64,000 nucleotides of DNA from a bacterium (GCA_963693055.1 OY843751.1:3776001-3840000); one strand, 5' to 3'; positions 28,837 to 40,031 are shown, numbered from the stretch's first letter. Notes: generated by a model from the letters alone, not told the origin. Made by a program: numbers and translations.

Positions 28837-30255
28837 CTATAATTTAAAATTTTTCTTGGACAGGTTGTAGGTCAAGTCTACAATCACTTCTTCCGCTTCA
28901 TCCATATCCATAACATGTTCGGATACCAGTCCCGCCAGGAAGCGGCAGTCAATACGACGCGCAACATCATGACGCGCGGGAATGGATGGGAACGCACGGG
29001 TATCATCAATGAATCCAACAGTATTATAGAAACCGGCGGTTTCGGTAACCATCTCACGGAAACGCAGCATACCTTCGCGACTGTCATGGAACCACCAGGA
29101 CGGGCCCAGTTTCATGGCCGGATAATGACCAGCAAGCGGAGCCAGATCGCGAGAATAAGTGGTCTCGTCAATGGTAAACATGATCAAAGTCAGATCAGGA
29201 TTATTGCCGTATTTGTTCAACAGCGGTTTCAGGTTTTCTACATACTCGGTAGTCATGGGGATGTCACAGCCTTTATCCAGACCAAACTTTTCAAACACAA
29301 CCTGATTATGGTTACGGTATACTCCGGGATGTATCTGCATGGTGAGTCCGTCTTCTATACTCATGCGTGCCATTTCCATAATCATGTGGCCGGTAAACTG
29401 TTTTGCGTCTTGCGGGGTGGCTTTGCCTTGCAGAGCCTTGTCGTACAATTGAGAGGCTTCGCTCTCATTCAACTCGACCGTATAAGGATACAAAACTCCC
29501 TGATCTGTAGAAGTACAACCCATTTCTTTAAAGAATGCACGACGGTTTTCCATCGCCTGGATATAGCCTTTGTAGGTAGAACAGTCGATACCGCTCATTT
29601 CAGTCAGCTTATCAATATTGGATTTCCATCCTTTATACATAAAATCGGTCACATTATCGGGACGAAACGCGGGAACCACTCTGCCGCTCCAGCCGCTCTC
29701 ACGAATGGCTTTGTGATGTTCCAGCGTATCAATTGGCGAATCGGTTGTGCTCAGCACTTCGATATTAAATTTTTCAAACATGGCGCGGGGCAGGTTTTCC
29801 GGTTTTTTCAGGGTTTCCTGAATTTCATCATAAATTTCCATAGCGGTTTCAGAAGTCAAGCGTTTCCGGATGCCCAGTACTTCATACAACTCGTGTTTCA
29901 ACCAGTTACCGGTGGGTGTAGCGCGGTACAGGTAAAAATTGTCTGCAACAATCTGCCATATTTTACGGTGGTCCTGTTCGGTATCTCCACCATCCACACG
30001 GGGAACACCCAATGATTCCAAAGGAATACCCTGTGAGTACAGCATACGGAACAGGTAATGATCGGGAATGACCAGCAGTTCAGCAGGATCAGGAAACGGG
30101 GTATTGTTGGCAAACAAGGACGGATCCACATGTCCATGCGGACACAACAATGGCAGATCTTTGATCAAACCGAACAAATGACGCGCAATCTCCCGCTGTC
30201 CGGGATCAGCGCTGAAATATCTATCATCGCTTAATTCTAAAGGTTTAACAGACAT
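28837..30255 (-). CDS. uxaC: Glucuronate (uronate) isomerase
   Basis: CPHGHVDP, PDHYLFRMLYSQG, MQIHPG, WWFHDS, DDTRAFPSIPARHD. Confidence 0.96.
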   Translation of the reverse strand: MSVKPLELSDDRYFSADPGQREIARHLFGLIKDLPLLCPHGHVDPSLFANNTPFPDPAELLVIPDHYLFRMLYSQGIPLESLGVPRVDGGDTEQDHRKIWQIVADNFYLYRATPTGNWLKHELYEVLGIRKRLTSETAMEIYDEIQETLKKPENLPRAMFEKFNIEVLSTTDSPIDTLEHHKAIRESGWSGRVVPAFRPDNVTDFMYKGWKSNIDKLTEMSGIDCSTYKGYIQAMENRRAFFKEMGCTSTDQGVLYPYTVELNESEASQLYDKALQGKATPQDAKQFTGHMIMEMARMSIEDGLTMQIHPGVYRNHNQVVFEKFGLDKGCDIPMTTEYVENLKPLLNKYGNNPDLTLIMFTIDETTYSRDLAPLAGHYPAMKLGPSWWFHDSREGMLRFREMVTETAGFYNTVGFIDDTRAFPSIPARHDVARRIDCRFLAGLVSEHVMDMDEAEEVIVDLTYNLSKKNFKL

Positions 30256-30274
30256 TGAACTTCCTTTCTATAAT

Positions 30275-31258
30275 TTAACTCTTAATTTTGGACTTTTTTA
30301 CTTTGACCTGAACAGTCTTTTTCTGTCCATACAACGCAAGCTGACTGCCCAAAAATACCAGCCGCAGGCCAATCTTGATAAAAATAAAAATCTGTTGCAA
30401 AACAACCAATATGATCAACACAAAAATTCCTGTGGGATTTATGATCTCTAAAAGACTACCCAATACCAGCATAACAGCGGCGCTGATCAATAGTAACAAT
30501 CCATACAATCCCAAGGTTTTTAATGGATGTCCTACAACAAACTTGAATGCCAGCCAGATACAAAACCATGAAGACTCGTGGTTTTCTTTGATCAGAATAA
30601 TTTTAGCATAATCAAACACGATCTTGATCAATACAAACAGCAATGCAAAAATCAAATAGCCGCCAAAATTCAACCACCAGACCGCTTTTTCGCTCATTAA
30701 AGGGGCAGCAATGGCATCTATTACAGAAAACAATGCCGGATGCAAAAACTTGTAAATCACCAGAAACAATAATACCATGGTCAATGCCAGTGCAAACAGG
30801 TGATGATAGTAAAATCCTGATAAAGAGAAAAACCGTCCAGTGGAATAGGATCGTTTTTCATCCGCATATAGCGCAAGTGTACCGCCATTAAAAAAAGCAG
30901 CAATACTGATATAAACCAGTGCCAGTAAAAAAACAACCAGACTGTAGCGGGTAAAGCCTCCGCTCAACAGCAGTTCAAGATTGTCAAATACCGGCCCGAA
31001 ACCGCCATCAATAGCCGGCCGCAGAGTATTGATCAGACCCTCTTTGGATGTCTGTAATGCACTCCACCAGTCAAAATTAAAACTGGTTGTCAGATCGTCC
31101 CGCACGCCTTTAAAGGCAATCTCTTTACCCAATTGGCTTGTAAAAGGAATTGCCAACAGCAGTCCGGCTGCCAGGTTGACCACATAAATAATGGGAACCA
31201 TTTTATAATTTTCAATTACCAGATTCAATCCGTTACGTAATGCTTTGATCATTTTCAT
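30275..31258 (-). CDS. Hypothetical multi-pass membrane protein
   Basis: About 6-7 TM helices; directly downstream of the M1 peptidase. Confidence 0.8.
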   Translation of the reverse strand: MKMIKALRNGLNLVIENYKMVPIIYVVNLAAGLLLAIPFTSQLGKEIAFKGVRDDLTTSFNFDWWSALQTSKEGLINTLRPAIDGGFGPVFDNLELLLSGGFTRYSLVVFLLALVYISIAAFFNGGTLALYADEKRSYSTGRFFSLSGFYYHHLFALALTMVLLFLVIYKFLHPALFSVIDAIAAPLMSEKAVWWLNFGGYLIFALLFVLIKIVFDYAKIILIKENHESSWFCIWLAFKFVVGHPLKTLGLYGLLLLISAAVMLVLGSLLEIINPTGIFVLIILVVLQQIFIFIKIGLRLVFLGSQLALYGQKKTVQVKVKKSKIKS

Positions 31259-31286
31259 AATTCAATTCTCCTATTTGGAATCCATG

Positions 31287-33269
31287 TCATGAAAAAATAG
31301 CTGCCGTTTCGAGTAAATGCTGCAGCCAGAAAAGCCATCTGGCACCCCATTTCATCGCGGCAAAAGAATTACGTTCACGGTAACGGACATTGTTCGAAAC
31401 ATCTGTATCCAATACTATCTTGTGTTCAGGATCTATTTCAACCTTGTATACCGGTGAATCCACTTTATAATTCAGCACGGTAACCGCATCTTTAGCATCC
31501 CAGGTTTCATGTACAATCTCACCATTTTCAAAAGATACAGCAATTTCAGCAGTTATAGCCAGGTCACCATTGCGTTTCAAAACAATACGCGATTCATATC
31601 CTGAAGCAGCTTTGGTGTTAGTATAGAGCTTGCCTTGTTCATCCAAGCCATTTACGGGGGATACCGGTTTTGAACTGATATCCTGCACCATCAGATCAAT
31701 ATCAGCGGCACCATACAGTATCTTTTCGAAAAACCAGTCCATAGGTTCGGGAGCAATTTCATTCACCACGTCAATAAAATCCTGCGTGGTTGGATGCTTG
31801 TAACTGTACCGGGAAGCAAAAGTTTGCATCACATTTAAGAATGTTTCAGTACCCAATAAATTTTCAAGAGTTGCCAGCATCATGGCAGCTTTATCATAGG
31901 CGTGTGCCTTGTAACTAGCATAAGTAGCAAACTCCCATGCTGGTTGGTTCACAGGTTCAACCATTCCCGCATTACGGTATCGATTCATACGCCTGTCCAT
32001 GGGATCAAGAGTGATATCAAATGTATATGGTATAGCAAAACCTTTACGCTCCAGATAATATTTGTAATGCGAAATATAACCATAAGCGGCGTTCAAAGCC
32101 CGTATATCAGAAAATGAGGTAAATCCCTCATCTATCCAGGGTTCTTCAAATTCGTTACTGGCAACCAGTCCATACCAGAATTGATGACCTGTTTCGTGCA
32201 TAACCGTCCATTCAGGTGACATGTTGCGTTTGGATTCACTGCAAGACACTGCCACGGTAATCAATGTGGGATATTCCATACTGGCAGTCTTTGTACATGG
32301 GGGTGTATCTATAATGGTAAGCTGTTTGTAGGGATATGGCGTGTACCACGTACCAAAATATGAGAGTGCGTTTTTAGCCGCATCCAGAAACCGGTCTGCG
32401 AATTTTTCGTGCTCGGGCAGATACAACAGTTTAATTTCTACCGGGGGTAATCCATCGGATTCGAATTGAGCGATTTTTGTGAGGAAATTGGGGTAAGCAG
32501 CAAAAGCAAAATCATGAATACAATCCTGGGTTACAGTATAAACCGTATGTTCACCAGATTGTTTTGGCTCTGACATTTCACCTGTTGCACCCACAACAAA
32601 ACCATTCGGCACGGTCAATTCAACATGGTAACTGCCAAAATCCGCAAAATACTCGCTTGCCTGGTGATACTGATGACAGTTCCAACCCTGATCGGTTAAC
32701 ACACCAATCTTGGGAAACCATTGCGACACCATATAGAAATCCTGTTTGTATCCGGCACGAATACCCAGATATGGGATTTTTGCAGTGAATTCAAAATCAA
32801 ATTGTACTTTTTGCCCTTTCTGAACCGGTTCAGGTAGAGTTAAAATAAAAACCGTCATATCGGCTTTATTATCATCATCCGGTTGTACAAATTGCAATGT
32901 AGGTAGTAAATCAGTCTTAAAGTAAAGATCGCTGCTGGTAGCAGATACAGCGCTAATATCAAGCGTGCCCCAGCCATTGTCAGGCCAATTGCTGTTAAAC
33001 ATTGAAAAAGGTCTGGGATCAGCATTGGCTTCACTGATAAATGTGCTGGAAGAATTTCGGAAAGCATTCAAATACGCGTGAAAATAGACCTCATGTACTG
33101 CATTATCAGACGTATTGGTCCATTCCAGTTGCATTTTACCGGTAACTGCGTTTTCGTCCGGCATGAGTTGTGCGGAAATATTGTAACGGACAATCTGTTC
33201 ACAAGGAACTTGTGGAAACACGGGAATTGTGAAAATCAAAAGTGCGACTAGAACCAGTAATCGTTTCAT
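31287..33269 (-). CDS. M1-family zinc metalloaminopeptidase, secreted
   Basis: SMEYP, HETGHQFW and WIDEG zinc ligands; signal peptide from ATG 33269. Confidence 0.92.
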   Translation of the reverse strand: MKRLLVLVALLIFTIPVFPQVPCEQIVRYNISAQLMPDENAVTGKMQLEWTNTSDNAVHEVYFHAYLNAFRNSSSTFISEANADPRPFSMFNSNWPDNGWGTLDISAVSATSSDLYFKTDLLPTLQFVQPDDDNKADMTVFILTLPEPVQKGQKVQFDFEFTAKIPYLGIRAGYKQDFYMVSQWFPKIGVLTDQGWNCHQYHQASEYFADFGSYHVELTVPNGFVVGATGEMSEPKQSGEHTVYTVTQDCIHDFAFAAYPNFLTKIAQFESDGLPPVEIKLLYLPEHEKFADRFLDAAKNALSYFGTWYTPYPYKQLTIIDTPPCTKTASMEYPTLITVAVSCSESKRNMSPEWTVMHETGHQFWYGLVASNEFEEPWIDEGFTSFSDIRALNAAYGYISHYKYYLERKGFAIPYTFDITLDPMDRRMNRYRNAGMVEPVNQPAWEFATYASYKAHAYDKAAMMLATLENLLGTETFLNVMQTFASRYSYKHPTTQDFIDVVNEIAPEPMDWFFEKILYGAADIDLMVQDISSKPVSPVNGLDEQGKLYTNTKAASGYESRIVLKRNGDLAITAEIAVSFENGEIVHETWDAKDAVTVLNYKVDSPVYKVEIDPEHKIVLDTDVSNNVRYRERNSFAAMKWGARWLFWLQHLLETAAIFS

Positions 33270-33304
33270 GCTTCGCTCCAATTCAATTTTGGGTCCCATC
33301 CGAA

Positions 33305-34132
33305 TTAACGTTTTACAATTTTATATTCAATTTTGTATTGATCAATATATTTATGGGCGTATTGCATTGCTGTTTCACGGTCCTGGAAACGACCGATCCA
33401 AACAGCATAAAAAGTACGGTCTCGTACCTGTTTTTCACGAATTTCAACATAGTGGTCAGGTTGAAATTTCTCCTTAACCTTCACTGCGTTATCCTGAACG
33501 CTAAAAGCACCAATCTGAATAGAGTAATGATATACTTCCTGAGCTTGGGGAACAGGTTTGGGTTTGGGTTTGGGTTTAGGTTGTGCCGGTTTTTTATTTT
33601 TCTCCAATTCTTTCCACAGTTCAGGATTTTCCAAATCCATTACCGCCAAATTCACAAATGGAGAAGATTCGGCATTTTTAACAAAAGCCTGTAAAAACAT
33701 GTATGAAGAATCAATTTTGCCTTCGCCATAATAACACTGACAAAACAGATATTGAACACGATCAATGATACCAGATTGGGGATATTGCCGTATAAACTGT
33801 TGAAAGACTTGACGTGCAGTACTAAAATCACCTGTGGAATAATAATATTGGCCAATACGGAATAGAGATTCATCGGCAAATTGTGAATCCGGGAATTGTT
33901 TATGGACCTGCTCAAAACTATCGAGTGCGTTTAGGGCGTCTTGCTCAAATACGCCTTTAAAAAATAAAACAACAGGATGATTGGGGTAATCCCCTTCAAG
34001 ATCGGGAAGTAACACCTCAAGTTCATCCAATTGATCGTTATAAAACAATACCTGAGCGTTCTTGATAGCAGTTTGTCCCATCCCCAAAGATATTATACAA
34101 ATCAACAACAAGAGTATATTACGGATATGCAA
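33305..34132 (-). CDS. TPR plus SPOR domain protein
   Basis: TPR helices (FPDSQFADESLFRIG), PKPKP linker, YSIQIGAFS and VWIGRF SPOR motifs. Confidence 0.88.
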   Translation of the reverse strand: MHIRNILLLLICIISLGMGQTAIKNAQVLFYNDQLDELEVLLPDLEGDYPNHPVVLFFKGVFEQDALNALDSFEQVHKQFPDSQFADESLFRIGQYYYSTGDFSTARQVFQQFIRQYPQSGIIDRVQYLFCQCYYGEGKIDSSYMFLQAFVKNAESSPFVNLAVMDLENPELWKELEKNKKPAQPKPKPKPKPVPQAQEVYHYSIQIGAFSVQDNAVKVKEKFQPDHYVEIREKQVRDRTFYAVWIGRFQDRETAMQYAHKYIDQYKIEYKIVKR

Positions 34133-35282
34133 TTTTCACCCTTTTCGCTGAATTCCATGCCCTGCACTCAGGACAGTGCCAAAAATAATCATTTGACTGA
34201 TAGTTACATTCTGCACAAACAAAATTATGATGATCAGCAACAATTTCCTGAGCAAGCTTTTCTGCCAGGTTTGCGGCTTGGTCTTTCATACCCAGTTTGC
34301 TGCGCAAACGAATAAGCATAATTTTGAGCTCAAGACGAGAATCGTCTTTTTCCATCGCTTTTTTACAGACATCAATTGCCTGCAACAGCTCTCCTTTTTT
34401 CTCCAGCAGATCAGACAATCCAATATAAGCTTCAATCACATCAGGATTGGTTTTCATCAAATCCACATAAAGCCTTTCAATCTCGCTAAACTGCCCCATA
34501 TCAAACAAAACATGTTTTAATCTTGAAAAGGCAAGGTATGCCTGCTCGGGTGCGCGTTGTATCAATTGTTTTAGTGCAGCAAGTGCATCTTTTAACCGAT
34601 CTTCGCGTATATAACTGTCTGCCAGCTCCTGATAACCTCCGGCACAGGCTTTATCAAGCTTGATGGCTTCTCTAAAACAAAGTCTGGCTTCATGTTCTTT
34701 TTTCAGCGCAGCAAGTGATAACCCTTCTTCAACCTTGTAACATGCAAGAATTCTGTTTTTGTTATCCTTTGAATTCTTGTCGCTTTTCTTAAACAGTGCA
34801 AAAGCGTTTCGCCAGTCACCCATTTCTTCATAAACGGATAACAGCATATCTTTTGTCCATTGCGAATTTTTATTCATACTCAGCACCTGCTCGCAGGCAT
34901 CAACTGCCTGTGAATAGCTACCGAGTTGTTGATAATCAAGTGCCAGGGATTTGTAAATAGCAATACGCTTATGGTCTGACAATTCTTCACGCACCAGCAA
35001 ATCACGATGGACTTTGACAGCCTGGTCTGCATGGCCCTGTACTCTGAGTATATCTCCAATCTTGATATATGCATCAATTAAATCTGTATTTAATCTGACC
35101 GTTTTTCTGAGATGCTCAAGGGCTTTATCATTCTCGCCATTGATCATGTGATTCAGACCGGCAATATACTCCAAATGTGCCTGGTTCAATGGAGACATTT
35201 TGCGTTTGATCTTGATGATAATAAAACCTAACGCCAGAATAAATACAATTAGTGACAATGCAACAATATGGATTACCTCCAT
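34119..35282 (-). CDS. lapB: Lipopolysaccharide assembly protein B-like (TPR plus rubredoxin)
   Basis: N-terminal TM, YIAGLNHM, TPRs, C-terminal CAEC...WHCPEC..W. Confidence 0.85.
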   Translation of the reverse strand: MEVIHIVALSLIVFILALGFIIIKIKRKMSPLNQAHLEYIAGLNHMINGENDKALEHLRKTVRLNTDLIDAYIKIGDILRVQGHADQAVKVHRDLLVREELSDHKRIAIYKSLALDYQQLGSYSQAVDACEQVLSMNKNSQWTKDMLLSVYEEMGDWRNAFALFKKSDKNSKDNKNRILACYKVEEGLSLAALKKEHEARLCFREAIKLDKACAGGYQELADSYIREDRLKDALAALKQLIQRAPEQAYLAFSRLKHVLFDMGQFSEIERLYVDLMKTNPDVIEAYIGLSDLLEKKGELLQAIDVCKKAMEKDDSRLELKIMLIRLRSKLGMKDQAANLAEKLAQEIVADHHNFVCAECNYQSNDYFWHCPECRAWNSAKRVKIAYP

Positions 35283-35286
35283 AAAA

Positions 35287-35643
35287 CTACTCCTTGCTGT
35301 TGCTGGTTGAATTACCGGTTGTTATTGCTTTGGGGGCTTCTTTGATTACTGCCTCTTCAACGGATACATTTCGCAGCCTGTTCAACTCATCTTTGAGTTT
35401 TTTCAATTCTTTTTTCACTTTACGGTTCTCATTCCGCATACCCAGCATTTGTATTATTGATATAACAACCCAGAACAACAAACCGGCCACAAAAGAAACA
35501 TACATGATCACCCAAAGCGGTAAATCTGTAGAGGTCTGCCATTTCAGGAATTTAACCGGAACAGATACATCTGTGTTTTGCATTGCAAAGCCAATAACAA
35601 AAATAACCATAATGGCTCCAACAATCCAGCGAATTACCCACAT
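35287..35643 (-). CDS. lapA: Lipopolysaccharide assembly protein A-like
   Basis: FAMQN...V.VKFL.W, second TM, coiled-coil tail; lies between rpsA and lapB. Confidence 0.8.
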   Translation of the reverse strand: MWVIRWIVGAIMVIFVIGFAMQNTDVSVPVKFLKWQTSTDLPLWVIMYVSFVAGLLFWVVISIIQMLGMRNENRKVKKELKKLKDELNRLRNVSVEEAVIKEAPKAITTGNSTSNSKE

Positions 35644-35717
35644 ATTTGCCTCCAATAATTAACCTTATAAAAGGTATAATAATCGAATGATAAATCAAAA
35701 TTTTTTTTTGGTTCCAT

Positions 35718-35752
35718 AAAAAAAAGAGCCGGACAAACACTTGCCCGGCTCT
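35718..35752 (-). terminator. Intrinsic terminator after rpsA
   Basis: AGAGCCGG...CCGGCTCT stem with A-run. Confidence 0.8.
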
Positions 35753-35775
35753 GTATAATAATTCCGTAATACGGA

Positions 35776-37725
35776 TTATTCTTCTGTTTTTTCCTCAGCG
35801 GTTGCGTTTGCTTCAGGTTTTTCAGCTTTTGCTTCTGCTGTGGGTGCCGGTGCCGGTTTGGCTTCCGGTTTTGCTTTTTTTGGTTTTCTTCCACCATCCT
35901 GCATGGAAAGTTCGTTATCCATTTCTTCAGTATCAACTTTTTGAGAAAAATCGATGTCAGATTTTTCTGACAAGACGATTTTCTTGTTCTCTTTGTTGAA
36001 TTCGATAACGGTCAATTCCAAATCATCATCAATCTGGTAACCATCAGCAGGTTTGCTAATGTTTTCTTTAGCCAGTTGAGACATGGGTACAAAACCATCA
36101 ACACCTTGCGGCAATTCTGCCAACAAGCCTTTTTCAATCAAACGTACAACTTTACCAGGGATCTTTGTTCCTACTTTGTAGGTATTTTCAAATACATCCC
36201 AGGGATTGTCTTGGGTTTGTTTGAAACCGAGAGAGATACGACGGTTGTCTTTATCTACATTCAATACAACAACTTCGATCTCGTCTCCTTTTTTCACAAC
36301 TTCTCCCGGGTGGCGGATCTTTTTCGTCCAGGACAAGTCAGAAATGTGTATCAATCCGTCAATACCTTCTTCCAGTTCAACAAACGCACCAAAGTTGGTC
36401 AGGTTGCGAACTTTGCCGGTATGACGTGTGCCAACAGGATAACGTTCTGACAATGATTCCCATGGATCCGGTTCCAATTGTTTCAGACCCAGAGAGATCT
36501 TGCGGTCGTCTTTTTGGATACTCAGTACTTTGGCTTCAACCATTTCACCTACAGCAAGTATCTTTGACGGATGCTTGATGTGTTGTGTCCATGACATTTC
36601 GGAAATATGGATCAGACCTTCAACACCTTTTTCCAGTTCAACAAAGGCACCGTAATCGGAAATGCTGACAACTTTACCACGGACAACAGTGTCAACCGGG
36701 TATTTTTTCTCAACATCTTCCCATGGATGCGCTTGCAGTTGTTTCAATCCAAGAGAGATTCTGTCTTTATCATCATTAAAGTCGAGAATCACAACATTGA
36801 TTTTTTCATCAAGGGCAACAACTTCAGATGGGTGAGATACACGGCCCCATGACAAGTCGTTGATGTGAAGCAATCCGTCCACACCGCCCAAATCTATAAA
36901 TACACCAAAGTCGGTTATATTTTTAACAGTGCCTTCAAGCACCTGTCCACGTTCAAGTTCTTGCAGGATCTTTTCACGTTGTCCCTTCATTTCCTGTTCT
37001 ACCAGTACTCTGTGAGATACAACAATGTTTTTACGCGCATGGTTAACTTTGACAATTTTGAAATCCATCATACTGTCAATCAGTGAGTCAAAATCGCGAA
37101 TTGGGCGTACATCAATCTGAGAACCAGGCAAGAACGCATCCACACCACCAAGGTCAACAACAATACCACCTTTGATTCGGCGAACACATCTACCTTGCAG
37201 AATATCTCCGCGTTCATAAGATTCAATAACTTTTTCCCAAATGCGCATAAAGTCGGCTTTCTTTTTAGAAAGTACAAGATAGCCGTCGACATCTTCAATT
37301 TCATCAATAAAGACCTCGATATTGTCACCAACAACGATATCGTTGGGGTCCAGGAACTCTTCAACCAGAATAGTTCCTTCTGATTTAAAACCGATGTCAA
37401 TAGAAACTTCCTTGTCATTTACAGCAAGAACTTTACCGAAAACAACCTGGCCGGGTTTAAAGTCTACAAGTGTACCTTCATAGAGTTTTTCAAGATCTTT
37501 AAACTCTTGTTCAGTGTACTCTTGTTCCAGTCTATCCAGTTCTTCCAGGGTTGCTACAGCTGGTTTTGCTGCAGGCTCTGAAGCTTCCTTCACGGGTTCA
37601 GGTGCAGTTGCAGGTGCTTCAACTGTAGCCTGTTCCTCATTGGCCTTGGGTGTTGCTTGTTCACTTGATTCAACGCTATTATTAGCATCTTCTTCAAGTG
37701 GGTTAGGGTTTGTTTGTTCGTTCAT
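35776..37725 (-). CDS. rpsA: 30S ribosomal protein S1
   Basis: Six S1 domains (AFLPGSQID, GVDGLLHINDLSW, GVEGLIHISEMSW). Confidence 0.98.
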   Translation of the reverse strand: MNEQTNPNPLEEDANNSVESSEQATPKANEEQATVEAPATAPEPVKEASEPAAKPAVATLEELDRLEQEYTEQEFKDLEKLYEGTLVDFKPGQVVFGKVLAVNDKEVSIDIGFKSEGTILVEEFLDPNDIVVGDNIEVFIDEIEDVDGYLVLSKKKADFMRIWEKVIESYERGDILQGRCVRRIKGGIVVDLGGVDAFLPGSQIDVRPIRDFDSLIDSMMDFKIVKVNHARKNIVVSHRVLVEQEMKGQREKILQELERGQVLEGTVKNITDFGVFIDLGGVDGLLHINDLSWGRVSHPSEVVALDEKINVVILDFNDDKDRISLGLKQLQAHPWEDVEKKYPVDTVVRGKVVSISDYGAFVELEKGVEGLIHISEMSWTQHIKHPSKILAVGEMVEAKVLSIQKDDRKISLGLKQLEPDPWESLSERYPVGTRHTGKVRNLTNFGAFVELEEGIDGLIHISDLSWTKKIRHPGEVVKKGDEIEVVVLNVDKDNRRISLGFKQTQDNPWDVFENTYKVGTKIPGKVVRLIEKGLLAELPQGVDGFVPMSQLAKENISKPADGYQIDDDLELTVIEFNKENKKIVLSEKSDIDFSQKVDTEEMDNELSMQDGGRKPKKAKPEAKPAPAPTAEAKAEKPEANATAEEKTEE

Positions 37726-37751
37726 AATTAGATGAAACCTCCTTATTTATT

Positions 37752-38621
37752 TTATAACCCCTTTTCAGGGAGTTTTTCTAAAGCATGGGCAACTTTTTCA
37801 AGCTGCCAAACCGGTGTAGAGGCGCTGCCTGTTACACCAATTGTATCCGAATCTTTGAACCAGCTATTCTCAAGATCATCCGGCCCTTCAATACGATAGC
37901 TATTCGGATTATTTTTTTTGATCAGGTCAAATAAAATGCCGGTATTTGAACTCTGTTTGCCACCAACCATCAAACAAACATCAACAGATTTTGCAAACGA
38001 TTGCAAACGTTCATTTTTACGCTTGATATGTTTACATGTTGTGTCTTTGACCTTGATCTTTTTTACTAACAATTCCAAACGGTCTTGAATTTCCAAAAAC
38101 TTTTCAGGATCAAAGGTGGTCTGGGAAACCAGCAGGGTCTTTTTATCGGGATCGACTTTATCAAGGTCATCAATATTCCCAACAACAATGCCATTATCAT
38201 CACAATAGCCCATAATACCTTTCACTTCAGCATGACCATCTTTACCGGTAATCACAATCTGATAATTAAGTTTAAAATGGTCTTGAACCACCCGATGAAC
38301 ACGTTTTACAATTCCACATGTGCCATCAATCAGATCGACTTTGGCATCTCGCAGCAAGTTTTCGACACGAGGTGAAACACCATGACTGCGAATAAAAACC
38401 GTATTATTGAAAAAAGATTCGGGTATATTGCCAGCTTCTACAGTCTCTTGGGCTTCTACTATCAAGCCTTTATCACTTAATCTGATCAGTTCACGGTCAT
38501 TGTGAATGACAGGGCCTAGAGAAATCAAAGTGTTTTTTTGTTCAAGTGTTTCTTCTACTGTCTTTAATGCCCGGGTAACTCCGGGACAAGGTCCGGCATG
38601 ATTGTCAATGATCACTTTCAC
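37752..38621 (-). CDS. ispH: 4-hydroxy-3-methylbut-2-enyl diphosphate reductase
   Basis: CPGV, GPVIHN, IRSHGV, DGTC, HAEV, QTT, DTTC, SSNT, GSASTP. Confidence 0.92.
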   Translation of the reverse strand: MKVIIDNHAGPCPGVTRALKTVEETLEQKNTLISLGPVIHNDRELIRLSDKGLIVEAQETVEAGNIPESFFNNTVFIRSHGVSPRVENLLRDAKVDLIDGTCGIVKRVHRVVQDHFKLNYQIVITGKDGHAEVKGIMGYCDDNGIVVGNIDDLDKVDPDKKTLLVSQTTFDPEKFLEIQDRLELLVKKIKVKDTTCKHIKRKNERLQSFAKSVDVCLMVGGKQSSNTGILFDLIKKNNPNSYRIEGPDDLENSWFKDSDTIGVTGSASTPVWQLEKVAHALEKLPEKGL

Positions 38622-39298
38622 GCGGCAGCACCCAGCAAATGGGCTTGCTGCACTACAAAATCTACCTGTTCTTCTATGGTCATGGATGATGTATCGAGCT
38701 CAATGGCATCATCTGCTTTTGTCAACGGGTTAGCTTCGCGCTGGGTGTCTTGCTCATCGCGCTTGCGGATATCGTCCTGAATTTCCTGCATATCCACTTG
38801 CATACCCTTTTTCTGATATTCTTCATAACGGCGCCTGGCCCTTTCTTCAAGACCTGCAACCATAAAAATTTTCAAATCCGCTTGCGGAAAAACCTTGGTA
38901 CCAATATCACGTCCTTCAGCAACAATACCACCTTTTAGGGCCCATTGGCGCTGTTTTTCGATCAAAATTTCTCTGACCTTTGGGTTGGCAGCAATCGGTG
39001 CTACCGCATTGGTTACTTGCGGAGTGCGAATAGCCGCAGTTACATTCTCTTTGCCCAAAAAGACGTTTAGTTCATCCTGAATCCACTCAAAACCAATCAC
39101 TGTATGTCTGGCAATGTCTGCAACTTTATCCGCATCATATATATCTAAACCCTGATTCAATGCGTTCAGGGTAACCGTTCTATACATTGCACCGGAATCT
39201 AAATGGATATAATTCAACCGGCGCGCAACTTCTTTGGCTGTTGTGCTTTTGCCTGACCCTGCCGGGCCGTCTATGGCAATGATCAGATCATTTTTCAA
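38618..39298 (-). CDS. cmk: Cytidylate kinase
   Basis: IAIDGPAGSGKST, LDSGAMYR, EGRDIGT. Confidence 0.97.
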   Translation of the reverse strand: MKNDLIIAIDGPAGSGKSTTAKEVARRLNYIHLDSGAMYRTVTLNALNQGLDIYDADKVADIARHTVIGFEWIQDELNVFLGKENVTAAIRTPQVTNAVAPIAANPKVREILIEKQRQWALKGGIVAEGRDIGTKVFPQADLKIFMVAGLEERARRRYEEYQKKGMQVDMQEIQDDIRKRDEQDTQREANPLTKADDAIELDTSSMTIEEQVDFVVQQAHLLGAAA

Positions 39299-40031
39299 AG
39301 AATTTTCCAGATTTGTTTCTTTTTATCAAACCAGCGGCCATTTTTATTTGACGTACTTGATTGGAATTTAAAAAACGCCATTTGCCGCGATCCAGATTTT
39401 CAAGTGTTAACGGTCCATACTGCACACGTTTCAAAGTCACCACATCGTACCCCAAAGCCAGGAACATACGACGGACCTGATTTTTTCGACCTTCTTTCAG
39501 CTTGACTTCTACTCTGTCAGAACTGTTTGTATAAAATGAAGCCCGACATGGAGAGGTCATGCCATCATCCAACTCTATTCCCGATCTCAGGGCATCCAAT
39601 CCCCTGGGATCAAAATCTCTGTCCAATTTTACCCGATAAGTCTTGGTAACTTTGAAGCCGGGGTGCATTAACCTGTGCGCAAGCTCGCCATCATTGGTAA
39701 AGAGCAACAGGCCTTCGCTTTTAATATCCAAACGGCCAATGGGGAACACCCGTTCCCGAATATTAAACAATTCAAACACGGTCTTACGGCCGCGTTCATC
39801 ACTGGCTGTGGTAACAAACCCTTTGGGTTTGTGCAGCATTATATAAACTTTTTTAGTAACTGGTTTTACAGATTTACCGTCAACCGTTACCATGTCTTTT
39901 TCACCAACCTGAATGCCAAGCTCAGATACAACATTGCCGTTTATCTTCACCCGACCTTCCTGTACCAGAGTTTCTGAAGCACGCCGCGAGGCCACACCAC
40001 AACTGGCAAGATATTTATTTAGACGCATCAT
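39288..40031 (-). CDS. rluB: rRNA pseudouridine synthase (RluB/RsuA family)
   Basis: S4 domain RLNKYLA..GVASRR, IGRLD, EGRKNQVRRM; follows scpAB. Confidence 0.88.
   Translation of the reverse strand: MMRLNKYLASCGVASRRASETLVQEGRVKINGNVVSELGIQVGEKDMVTVDGKSVKPVTKKVYIMLHKPKGFVTTASDERGRKTVFELFNIRERVFPIGRLDIKSEGLLLFTNDGELAHRLMHPGFKVTKTYRVKLDRDFDPRGLDALRSGIELDDGMTSPCRASFYTNSSDRVEVKLKEGRKNQVRRMFLALGYDVVTLKRVQYGPLTLENLDRGKWRFLNSNQVRQIKMAAGLIKRNKSGKFFEK

Noticed and set aside
28915-30015. 366-aa plus-strand ORF and similar antisense ORFs over hppA, rpsA and the cytochromes
   Set aside because: Shadow frames of well-supported genes with no recognisable motifs.
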